Virus record (IMG/VR): IMGVR_UViG_3300029822_000049
Location: 1-32,077 of that record
Strand: one strand, 5' to 3'
Source of the DNA: a virus
DNA: 32,077 nucleotides
The translations under genes and the position numbers were made by a program. Under the pieces are notes generated by a model. It did not search any database, was not told the origin of the DNA, and saw nothing but the letters and a program-made list of their open reading frames with translations. This document shows positions 14,009 to 22,359 of this stretch, in pieces; position 1 is the first letter of the stretch, and every line of letters starts with the position of its first letter.

Positions 14009-14232
14009 GAAAATTAGCGTTTTCAAGCAGAGCAGAATACAGGAATTGGCGGTCATACAATTGCAATAAATGTAAGAAAGCATGGACACCAAAAAGCAAA
14101 GATTTTATAGGCGATTGCCCAATAGAATTCCTGCTCGATACAAGTCAACGTATTACAGAAGAGCAAATCAAAATCACCAACATTGGAACACAGGAGCGTT
14201 GTTCGTTATTCGAAGCACGAACCGATGAGTAA
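14005..14232 (+). CDS. hypothetical small protein
   Basis: 75 aa from ATG 14005 (ATGA overlap). The track start at 13990 is a TTG. Confidence 0.5.
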   Translation: MRKLAFSSRAEYRNWRSYNCNKCKKAWTPKSKDFIGDCPIEFLLDTSQRITEEQIKITNIGTQERCSLFEARTDE

Positions 14233-14241
14233 GTCGGTATA

Positions 14242-14250
14242 TGGTAGAAT
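14242..14250 (+). promoter_or_regulatory. candidate extended -10 promoter (TGgTAGAAT) without a -35 box
   Basis: Lies in the 54-nt gap before the VRR-NUC/modification/packaging gene block. Same architecture as 21762-21770. Confidence 0.3.
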
Positions 14251-14286
14251 GTAAAAAGCAAGTCAAATGTTAGGAGAGAATATTTT

Positions 14287-14652
14287 GTGAGTGAACATAG
14301 CGAACAAGTAGCCCTATTCGAAGCATTACAAATCCATTCAAAACAAGAGCCCATGTTGCAATGGGCTTTTGCCATTCCAAACGGATTTTATTCAACGCCG
14401 GCACAAAAACGTAAAATGCGCAATGAGGGATTAAAGCCCGGGGTGTGGGATATATTCCTACCCGTTCCGATGCGTGGATTTCATGGCATGTTTATTGAGA
14501 TGAAGTTCGGAAGAAATACACTCTCAACACCACAAATTGAATTTTACAAATTCGCCAAAGAGCACTATTGCATGGTAGTTACATACACTTGGTTAGAAGC
14601 CTATAAAGCAATATGCGATTACCTTGAAATAGAGCCATATTTTGAAATGTAA
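14287..14652 (+). CDS. VRR-NUC domain nuclease
   Basis: GTG start after taggagagaatatttt. EQVALFEAL...AFAIPNG...[14 protein letters not shown]...[20 protein letters not shown] matches the VRR-NUC pattern (PD-(D/E)xK with E-x-K). Confidence 0.75.
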   Translation: MSEHSEQVALFEALQIHSKQEPMLQWAFAIPNGFYSTPAQKRKMRNEGLKPGVWDIFLPVPMRGFHGMFIEMKFGRNTLSTPQIEFYKFAKEHYCMVVTYTWLEAYKAICDYLEIEPYFEM

Positions 14653-14661
14653 GGAGAAAAC

Positions 14662-15399
14662 ATGGATAATAACATTATAAAAAATAGGATTATCGGCACA
14701 GGAGAAGAACCACTAGACCAAATCCTATACAATCCAAAAAACTGGCGTATTCACCCACGTTATCAACAAGACGCATTAGAGGGAGTACTAAAAGAAATTG
14801 GCATAGTCCAAACGGTAATTATTAATAACATTACAGGCAACTTAATTGATGGGCATTTACGCTGTCGCTTAGCTGAAAAAAACGGACAAACAACAATACC
14901 AGTAACGTATGTTGAATTATCGGAAGAAGAAGAGGAAATAATCCTTACCAGCTTTGACCCGATTAGTGCAATGGCAACAACAGATAAAGAAAAACTAACA
15001 GAATTAATAAATTCAATCGAAACAGAAAATGAAACAATCCAAAATATATTAAATTCAATCGAAGACATAAATAAATTAGGGAACAAAAACGAAGGAACAG
15101 CCTTAGATATACTAACGTTAAACATAGATGAACCACTTACAGAAGTACAACCCGGAGACATTTATTACCTTGGGAATCATGTCCTAGTATGCGCTTCAAC
15201 TATCAAAAATAGCGAAACATGGAGACCATACTTTAACGATAATATGATTTTAGTACCATGGGCTAATCCATTAACTTTATTATCTGACCTCGCAGAAAAA
15301 ACAACAGTATTAGCACTCAATCCTCAGCCTTATGTTTGCGGGCATATTATTGATAGATACAAGGAAACAAATCCAGACAAGGAAATTATAAAATTATGA
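14662..15399 (+). CDS. ParB/Srx N-terminal domain protein with a decayed methylase-like C-terminal stub (DpdB-analogous position)
   Basis: NPKNWRIHP...VIINNITGNLIDGHLRCRLAEKNG...IPVTYVELSEEEE. C-terminus GDIYYLGNHVLVCAS...MILVPWANP, where ParB-methylase fusions have G(D/N)HRLlCGD...DPPY. AT-rich. Its stop overlaps the next ATG. Confidence 0.65.
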   Translation: MDNNIIKNRIIGTGEEPLDQILYNPKNWRIHPRYQQDALEGVLKEIGIVQTVIINNITGNLIDGHLRCRLAEKNGQTTIPVTYVELSEEEEEIILTSFDPISAMATTDKEKLTELINSIETENETIQNILNSIEDINKLGNKNEGTALDILTLNIDEPLTEVQPGDIYYLGNHVLVCASTIKNSETWRPYFNDNMILVPWANPLTLLSDLAEKTTVLALNPQPYVCGHIIDRYKETNPDKEIIKL

Positions 15400-16223
15400 A
15401 AAAAACAGGAGGAGCCCACTACCAAAAAAACAATACTCAGCTATATTTTATGGCGATAGGTGCTGACGACGCTAAAATATTTAATAACGCAAAAATCGCA
15501 AAAAATACATTATTACCATTAAACGCAATCACGCAAAACAATTTAGAAACGATAAAAAACCTACCAAACTTAAACCTATTAATAGATTCAGGCATTTACA
15601 ATTTAGCGAACACGATATCAAAAAAAGAAAAACTAACATTCACTGAAGCATTAAATATAAATCCAGAAAGAATACCAAGCTTCGAAGCTTATTATTCTAA
15701 TTATATTAAAACCATAAAAGAACTAGAACCACACATATGGGGATATATAGAATTAGACATAGGTGGCGAAAAAATAAAAACAAAATTACGTAAACAAATA
15801 GAAAAAGACGGATTAATACCTATACCTGTATGGCACCCATTAATTGATGGATTAAATTACCTCCAACAACTATTAGAGGAATACGACAGAATCTGTATAG
15901 GTAACCTATCTTATACTTCCAACAACGAAAGAATGAAAATACTACAAACCGTATTTAATATTAGAAATAATATAAAAAACAAAACATGGATTCACGCATT
16001 AGGCATGACACCAAATACCTTGTTGTATACATACCCAGTAGAGTCATGTGACTCATCTGCATGGGTATCAGGCATTAGATTCGCGAACCTTAAGGTTACA
16101 GGCGGAGCTGAAAATTTTGGCACACTAAGTAAAAAATACTTATACAACAAGCAAAGTAAAAAACATTATGAAAAAGCAAAACTATTAGCTAATTACGAGA
16201 CATATTTTATGGAATTAAACTAG
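15396..16223 (+). CDS. dpdA: tRNA-guanine-transglycosylase-superfamily protein, DpdA-like DNA transglycosylase candidate
   Basis: 275 aa. Ordered motifs LLIDSGIYN, WIHALGMTP and VESCDSSAW resemble TGT/ArcTGT DSGG(F/Y)Q, HLFG(V/A)G and D(L/M)FD(S/C). No CxCxxC zinc site. Flanked by the ParB-like gene and near the YhhQ-like gene. Confidence 0.55.
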   Translation: MKKTGGAHYQKNNTQLYFMAIGADDAKIFNNAKIAKNTLLPLNAITQNNLETIKNLPNLNLLIDSGIYNLANTISKKEKLTFTEALNINPERIPSFEAYYSNYIKTIKELEPHIWGYIELDIGGEKIKTKLRKQIEKDGLIPIPVWHPLIDGLNYLQQLLEEYDRICIGNLSYTSNNERMKILQTVFNIRNNIKNKTWIHALGMTPNTLLYTYPVESCDSSAWVSGIRFANLKVTGGAENFGTLSKKYLYNKQSKKHYEKAKLLANYETYFMELN

Positions 16224-16251
16224 CAAAAATACACACAGGAGCAAAACAATT

Positions 16252-17076
16252 ATGGAAAAAATAGTATATAAAGTGGAACCCGGCATGGATAGAAAACTAA
16301 TAAAAGCAACAACCTACCAAATGCGAAATTTCTATCGACAGTTTGGAGACGGTTTCTTTGGCGTACTAGATGTTATGAATTACATTCAACACCAAGCAAT
16401 AGTTCAAATGGCACGTAAAGGAGACCATGTACTAGATGTTTGTTGTGGCAGAGGATTGTTATTACCAATGCTACGTTATGAACGAAAAAATATAGCTTCT
16501 TACACAGGAGTTGATATAGAACCTAAAAACGCAATATGGCAAACAAAACGAGTAACAGACAACAAACCAATTGAAAAAGATTATTACCCATTCGAAACAA
16601 AATTCATAAGGTCAAACGTCGCTACGATGTCGCCACTATTACAACAAAAACACTATAACCTTGTAGTTTACACTTCCTCAATTGAACACATGCAAAAAAT
16701 TGACGGATACAAGTCATTACAAGAAATTCGCAAAATAATACACCCGAACGGAACACTCGTTCTAACTTGCCCAAATACACCAGAACACAAAGACGGATAT
16801 GATACACAGTATGCAGCTCATGTTTACGAATGGAAACGAAGCGAACTACTCGAAGCATTTCAAGACATTGGATATGAAATACAAAAAGAATATTCAATAC
16901 TTACAACAAAACAAGATATTAAAAACGAAGTACCTGAAATATACAAAAAACTTGAAGACATCATTCCTACATCATGGATAATTGGCGTTCTATCACCACT
17001 TGTTACACCCATAAAATCAAAAGAAATAGCATTCATATTAAAACCATTGCAAAACAATGCTATAAAATCACCATAG
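16252..17076 (+). CDS. class I SAM-dependent methyltransferase (small-molecule type; no DNA-methylase motif IV)
   Basis: Motif I VLDVCCGRG, acidic post-I GVDIE, then YNLVVYTSSIEHM and IHPNGTLVLTCPN. I found no (D/N/S)PP(Y/F/W) and no PCQ-type motif. Confidence 0.8.
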   Translation: MEKIVYKVEPGMDRKLIKATTYQMRNFYRQFGDGFFGVLDVMNYIQHQAIVQMARKGDHVLDVCCGRGLLLPMLRYERKNIASYTGVDIEPKNAIWQTKRVTDNKPIEKDYYPFETKFIRSNVATMSPLLQQKHYNLVVYTSSIEHMQKIDGYKSLQEIRKIIHPNGTLVLTCPNTPEHKDGYDTQYAAHVYEWKRSELLEAFQDIGYEIQKEYSILTTKQDIKNEVPEIYKKLEDIIPTSWIIGVLSPLVTPIKSKEIAFILKPLQNNAIKSP

Positions 17077-17090
17077 AAAGGAAAAAACCC

Positions 17091-17759
17091 ATGAAAAACA
17101 AAGAAAGAAACATAGTCCTTATAATTGTCGCCTTAATCGGAATGTACATTGCTTCGCAGGCGATAGCGGACGTTGCAGCGACCCGAATGATTCAAATCGG
17201 AAAAATCGTATTACCCGGTGGCGTACTCATGTTCGCATTAACTTTCACGTTGCGAGACTTTATTCATAAGCGATTAGGTAAAAAATGGGCACGAGCAACA
17301 GTCATCATGGCAGCAGTAATGAATGTCGTCCAACTAGCGTACCTGTATTTTATCGGCAAGCTAGACACGCCTGTATTTTATGGTTTCAATGAAGAATGGC
17401 GAAATATCTTTGCTATTGTCCCAGCGGTATCAATCGCCAGTATTGTAGCTGAAGTATCCAGTCAACTAATTGACACGGAAGTGTATCAATTCATTATGGA
17501 CAAATATCCAAAATTGCCACAGATATTCAGAGTATTAATATCAAACTTCATCGCCTTACCATTCGACTCGTTAATCTTTGCGTTACTCGGTTTTGTTATT
17601 TTGCCACAATTGTTTGGCAGTACAAGTTACACATTTTTTGACGCAATAGCATTGACATCAGGACAGATTATTTACAAAGCGATAGTGACCATTTTATCTG
17701 CTCCAGCCATTTATTTAATCAAAGACGAGCCGATAAAGGTGTCCTTAATGACAGAATAG
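17091..17759 (+). CDS. yhhQ: YhhQ/VUT-family queuosine-precursor (preQ0/preQ1) transporter
   Basis: 222 aa from ATG 17091, polytopic. FALTFTLRDFIHKRLGKKWARATV, SQLIDTEVYQF and PFDSLIFALLGF align by eye with E. coli YhhQ (FLATDLTVRIFGAPLARRII, GQILDVHVFNRL, VSDTLAFFFIAF). Same length class. Confidence 0.75.
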   Translation: MKNKERNIVLIIVALIGMYIASQAIADVAATRMIQIGKIVLPGGVLMFALTFTLRDFIHKRLGKKWARATVIMAAVMNVVQLAYLYFIGKLDTPVFYGFNEEWRNIFAIVPAVSIASIVAEVSSQLIDTEVYQFIMDKYPKLPQIFRVLISNFIALPFDSLIFALLGFVILPQLFGSTSYTFFDAIALTSGQIIYKAIVTILSAPAIYLIKDEPIKVSLMTE

Positions 17760-17763
17760 TGGC

Positions 17764-18132
17764 ATGACAACACCAAAAAAAGAGCGGCGAAAGAAATACA
17801 CCAACGCTGAAATCAAAAATGCGTTAATAAAAACGAATGGATATATCACCTTAGCCGCTCGAATGTTAGGTTGCGAACCCAAAACCATTTATAGACGACT
17901 GGACAAAACGGAAGCATTAAGACAAACCCTCAAAGACATCAGAGAACAAGAACTTGATATCACGGAGCAGAAGCTACACCAAGCGATTTTGAACGGAGAG
18001 CCATGGGCTATCACCCTAAAGCTAAAAACGCTTGGCAAAAGCCGTGGATATACCGAACGAACAGAACTAACAGGACAAGGAAACAAGCCTATAACTTTTG
18101 TACTTCAACGCCATGAACCAGAAGAAGATTGA
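17764..18132 (+). CDS. terS: terminase small subunit
   Basis: 122 aa. HTH ITLAARMLGCEPKTIYRRL. Immediately upstream of TerL and overlapping it. Confidence 0.6.
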   Translation: MTTPKKERRKKYTNAEIKNALIKTNGYITLAARMLGCEPKTIYRRLDKTEALRQTLKDIREQELDITEQKLHQAILNGEPWAITLKLKTLGKSRGYTERTELTGQGNKPITFVLQRHEPEED

Positions 18133-19264
18133 CTTATACCCAGCGCAATATGATTTTGTGGTTTGCGAAGATAACCTAACCGGTTTTGTTGCCGGTATCG
18201 GAGCAGGAAAAACGTATGCCGGAGCATTAAAATCCGCAATATACTCAAACCGCCCCGGGTTAGGAATGATAGTTGCCCCAACCTATGGCATGCTTAGGGA
18301 TAGCACGCTTAGAACGTTCATGGATTTAGCCGGAGAAGCAATCGTTGACGAAGAACGGTCAAGTATGACACTATTCACCACCGGTGGCGGTGAAATCCTG
18401 TTACGGTCAGCAGACAACCCTGAAAAACTAAGAGGTCCAAACCTGAACTGGATATGGATTGACGAGGGTGGACTAACAAAAGAACTCACATGGCAAATCT
18501 GCATTGGTCGTTTACGTGCCGGCGGTAAGTTTGGTCATCTTTGGGTCACCACCACACCCAAAGGCAAACGGAATTGGGTTTACAAAATATCAAAAGAAAT
18601 GAAAGTATTCCGGGCAACAACTTTTGACAATCCATTCACATCCAAAGACTGGCAACGCCAACTGACACAATCTTATGTTGACGATTTCTTACGTCAAGAA
18701 GCGTATGGAGAATTCGTATCGTTTGACGGACTGGTATATCCACAATTCCAACCAGAACACATTGTCAAACGAGACCTGACACTGCTTGGAGAATTCGACC
18801 TTGGCGCTGACGAGGGTTACACCAATCCGGCGGTCATACTCAAAGTTTACAGTGACAATGACGGAGGCTACCACATCGCAGAGGAATGGTATGAACGTGG
18901 CAAATTACAATCCGAGCAAGTCGACAACGTAGTAAGAATGGCTGACAACCAAGACCCAGATATCGGAGTAGATAGTTCAGCCAGAGGACTAATCGCAGCC
19001 ATTCGAAATGAGGGATTAAGAGCCAAAGGCACAACCGGCAAAGTCTTACAGGGAATAAAAAACATTCAAGAGTTATTAGCAAATGGTAAAATCACAGTAG
19101 ACCCGTCTTGCGTAAGAACCATTGCCGAGTTTGAAAGCTACCAATGGAAACCCGGAACAGACGAGCCACAAAAAGAGAATGACCACGCTATGGACGCTTT
19201 AAGGTACGCTATCAACAAAAAGAAAGACAGCACACCACAAAAAGCACAGCAAAGGAGATACTAA
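18113..19264 (+). CDS. terL: terminase large subunit
   Basis: Walker A GIGAGKTY and Walker B NWIWIDEGG. C-terminal nuclease-type DLGADEG and DHAMDALRYA. The track start at 18098 is a TTG. Confidence 0.88.
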   Translation: MNQKKIDLYPAQYDFVVCEDNLTGFVAGIGAGKTYAGALKSAIYSNRPGLGMIVAPTYGMLRDSTLRTFMDLAGEAIVDEERSSMTLFTTGGGEILLRSADNPEKLRGPNLNWIWIDEGGLTKELTWQICIGRLRAGGKFGHLWVTTTPKGKRNWVYKISKEMKVFRATTFDNPFTSKDWQRQLTQSYVDDFLRQEAYGEFVSFDGLVYPQFQPEHIVKRDLTLLGEFDLGADEGYTNPAVILKVYSDNDGGYHIAEEWYERGKLQSEQVDNVVRMADNQDPDIGVDSSARGLIAAIRNEGLRAKGTTGKVLQGIKNIQELLANGKITVDPSCVRTIAEFESYQWKPGTDEPQKENDHAMDALRYAINKKKDSTPQKAQQRRY

Positions 19265-19265
19265 A

Positions 19266-20579
19266 ATGAACCCAGACGTGAAATTATGTTTTGACCTAAT
19301 CACCAAAAACGCCAGCGAAGCGAACTTGTACTTTAACTATTACAATGGCAAACACCAGCTAACGTTTTCAAGCCAAAAAATGAGAGAGATATTCAAGACA
19401 TCCGAATTGCAATTTACTCAAAACTGGTGCGCAGCAGTAATCGAAAGTACAGCGGATAGGTTGACCTTGCAAGGTTGGGATAATCCAACAGAAGAACTTG
19501 ATGACAGACTTGACACGTTTTACACCAACCGCAAGTTGCAAACACTAAGTCACCAAGTCCACAAAGACGCAATCATCACCGGCAACGGATATATTTTACT
19601 TGACATTGTGGACGGAGAGGTCATGCTATATCGCAATGACCCAAGAACAATATGTGTCATTTATTCCGAGGAACGCCCTGATGAAAAACGAGTTGCAGCC
19701 AAACTATACAAAGTCGAAAACACCCGAAAATTAATCCTGTACTATCCGGACTATATCCAAATATACGAAGCATCAGCTAGGAGCGAAAATACCGCTGATT
19801 TCAAGCTTACAGAGGAACTTAGAACGGACGGTATTCCACTTGTCCACTTTAGAACTATGCCGGAGCTAAGAAACATCATTCCATTGCAAGACGCTATCAA
19901 CAAGATTTACAGCGACATGATGGTGGTTAGTGAGTTCAATGCTTTCAGACAACGTTATATTGTTACCAACGCTGATATTTCAAGCCTTGAAGCAAGCCCC
20001 TCGTCTATCATGCGAATACCAAGAGGGGAAACAGACGGAATGGAAAATACCCAAGTAGGCGAATTCAGCGCAGCTGATATCGGACAATACCTTGACACTA
20101 TCGACAAACTAACGAACGCAATCGCTATTATCAGCAGAACGCCAAAGTATTATTTTATGAGTACAGGAGCGAACGTATCAGGTGAAACGCTTATGGTCAT
20201 GGAAGCACCGCTAGTCAAAAAAGTAAAGCAATTGCAAGAAAGCTTCGGTCAGTCATGGCTTGACTTAGCACGTTTAGCAATAGTCGATGACGTAGCAACT
20301 ACCGTAACTTGGGAGCGTCCTGAAAGTACGCAACCGTTATCAATCGCACAAGCGCAACAGGCGCAGGTCAGTATTGGAATTCCGCTTATTACCGTTTTGC
20401 GCAAAGACGGTTGGAGCAAGGACGAAATCGACCTACTAAAGCAAGACCGTATCGAGGAACAAAAGTGGCGTTTTGACAGTTCAGAATTGGCATTACAGGC
20501 AGCTATGCTAAGGGAGCGTCAAGCCAACAACCCACTTGAACCAACCCTAACCCAAACTGAAATTGGAGAAGCCGAATAA
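19266..20579 (+). CDS. portal protein
   Basis: 437 aa, directly downstream of TerL. Size and position fit SPP1 gp6-type portals. Confidence 0.75.
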   Translation: MNPDVKLCFDLITKNASEANLYFNYYNGKHQLTFSSQKMREIFKTSELQFTQNWCAAVIESTADRLTLQGWDNPTEELDDRLDTFYTNRKLQTLSHQVHKDAIITGNGYILLDIVDGEVMLYRNDPRTICVIYSEERPDEKRVAAKLYKVENTRKLILYYPDYIQIYEASARSENTADFKLTEELRTDGIPLVHFRTMPELRNIIPLQDAINKIYSDMMVVSEFNAFRQRYIVTNADISSLEASPSSIMRIPRGETDGMENTQVGEFSAADIGQYLDTIDKLTNAIAIISRTPKYYFMSTGANVSGETLMVMEAPLVKKVKQLQESFGQSWLDLARLAIVDDVATTVTWERPESTQPLSIAQAQQAQVSIGIPLITVLRKDGWSKDEIDLLKQDRIEEQKWRFDSSELALQAAMLRERQANNPLEPTLTQTEIGEAE

Positions 20580-20581
20580 CC

Positions 20582-21712
20582 GTGGCAGAAGAACCAACAG
20601 TTGTAAGACTAGCAAGGCAATTTAAGGCAAATATTGAGCACGGAGAACGCCTTATAGTCCAAAGCATGGCTAATACCTATGTGAACACTTACGGACTGTT
20701 AAATGACACGATTTTACGCTTAGCGAAAGAGATAGAAAACTTACCAGACAGCATACAAGGAGAATTGCGAGAGCAATGGATAAGAGAACTGCACTATTAC
20801 CAACGCTTACAGGCATTGACAGCTGAACAAATACCGCAATACTCACGCATTGCAGAAGATTACATCAAAAGAGAACAAGAAAGAGTGGTACTCCAAGGGC
20901 TTACTGACGCTGACACACTCATGCGATTTAGCATTGACCCATTAGGCAAGAACAGGTACACACAATTACCAACAGAGCCATTAACATTTCTGAAAGGCGT
21001 ATTAGGTCAAGAGCACGACCGCCACCCACTTGGCAAGTTACTAGACAGCATTGACGGAAACTTTGCGTCACACCTTGACAAAATCCTATTCAACGGGCTT
21101 GCACTCGGCAAACCAACAAGTATAGTTGCGCAAGAACTAATGAACGCATCATCAATGCCATTATCAAGAGCGACAACCATTGCAAGAACGGAATACAACC
21201 GGGCGTATAGAATTAGCACAGCCGAACGTTATCGCCAAAGCCCTTGGGTAAAATCCTACAAACGTATTGCCAGTAAGCAAGGAGCTTGCATGGCTTGTTT
21301 ACTGCTTGACGGAACAGAATACCCTATCAATGTATTAGAAGACCACCCGAACGGAGCATGCGCAATGGTACCAGTTGTTACAGGCGCAACGCCACCAGAA
21401 TGGGAGTATGGCAAGGACTATTTTGAAAAACTATCACCAGACGAACAACAAGAAAGAATGGGCAAATACTATTGGAAAGCATGGAAAGCCGGAGAGTTTG
21501 ACCTAACCGACATCATTGGCAAACAGCATAGCCCAATATGGGGAAATAGTCCTAAAATCAAAGCACTAAGAACACTTGTACCGGACTGGCACAAGAAGTA
21601 TTTTGAACTTCCACCAAAGAAACTAAAACCACCAACCGCACCACCTACACCAAAGGCAAGCCGGTCACCAAAAGAACGCCAGAGGGCGACAGGAAAAATG
21701 CGCTATACCTAG
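20582..21712 (+). CDS. Mu F / SPP1 gp7-like minor head (morphogenesis) protein
   Basis: GTG start. TIARTEYNRAYRIS and CMACLLLDG...HPNGACAM are typical of the Mu F-like domain. Pro/Lys-rich basic tail. Confidence 0.75.
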   Translation: MAEEPTVVRLARQFKANIEHGERLIVQSMANTYVNTYGLLNDTILRLAKEIENLPDSIQGELREQWIRELHYYQRLQALTAEQIPQYSRIAEDYIKREQERVVLQGLTDADTLMRFSIDPLGKNRYTQLPTEPLTFLKGVLGQEHDRHPLGKLLDSIDGNFASHLDKILFNGLALGKPTSIVAQELMNASSMPLSRATTIARTEYNRAYRISTAERYRQSPWVKSYKRIASKQGACMACLLLDGTEYPINVLEDHPNGACAMVPVVTGATPPEWEYGKDYFEKLSPDEQQERMGKYYWKAWKAGEFDLTDIIGKQHSPIWGNSPKIKALRTLVPDWHKKYFELPPKKLKPPTAPPTPKASRSPKERQRATGKMRYT

Positions 21713-21761
21713 AAGCCTGTAAAAGAATTGAAGAATGGAAAAGCAAAAATAACAAATAATA

Positions 21762-21770
21762 TGCTACAAT
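21762..21770 (+). promoter_or_regulatory. candidate extended -10 promoter (TGcTACAAT) without a -35 box
   Basis: Lies in the 77-nt AT-rich gap upstream of the scaffold and capsid genes. Confidence 0.3.
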
Positions 21771-21789
21771 AGAAAAGGAGATAGAAATC

Positions 21790-22344
21790 ATGAGCGATAA
21801 AGAAACAGACGCAAAAGAAATTGAAACTAATCCAGAGGAAAAGGAAACGACTTCGCCAACATTCGGCACGTTCGCAGAGTTTTTGAACGCCCAAGACGAG
21901 AGTGTCCGGGCATTATACGAAAGCGAAACATCAGGACTAAAATCAGCACTTGACAAAGAACGAGAAAGCCGAAAGCAAGCCAACGAGATGATTAATAATT
22001 TGCGTCCGTTAGTCGAAAAAGGTTCAGTAGCCGAGAAGCAACTGAATGAAACGTTATCCACCATGGAGCAACTAAAAGCACAAGCCGAGCGAGATGCCAG
22101 ACGTGCTAATTTTGCAGAGCAAGCAATTGCACCAGATGTCAATTGCATCAACATCAAAGCAGCGTTCGCACTAGCCAGCGCAGAAAATCTGTTCGATAAA
22201 GACGGTGTCCCAAATTGGACGGAGTTGAAAAAGCTCGCACCCGAACTGTTTGGCTCAAAAAGGAGCAACCATGCCGGAGCAGTCGGAGAACCAGTAGAAC
22301 AAGGCATGAATCAACTAATCCGTGAAGCAGCCGGATTTAAGTAA
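21790..22344 (+). CDS. scaffolding protein
   Basis: 184 aa, acidic and helical (coiled-coil-like), immediately before the capsid gene. Confidence 0.7.
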   Translation: MSDKETDAKEIETNPEEKETTSPTFGTFAEFLNAQDESVRALYESETSGLKSALDKERESRKQANEMINNLRPLVEKGSVAEKQLNETLSTMEQLKAQAERDARRANFAEQAIAPDVNCINIKAAFALASAENLFDKDGVPNWTELKKLAPELFGSKRSNHAGAVGEPVEQGMNQLIREAAGFK

Positions 22345-22359
22345 AGAAAGGACACCGAA

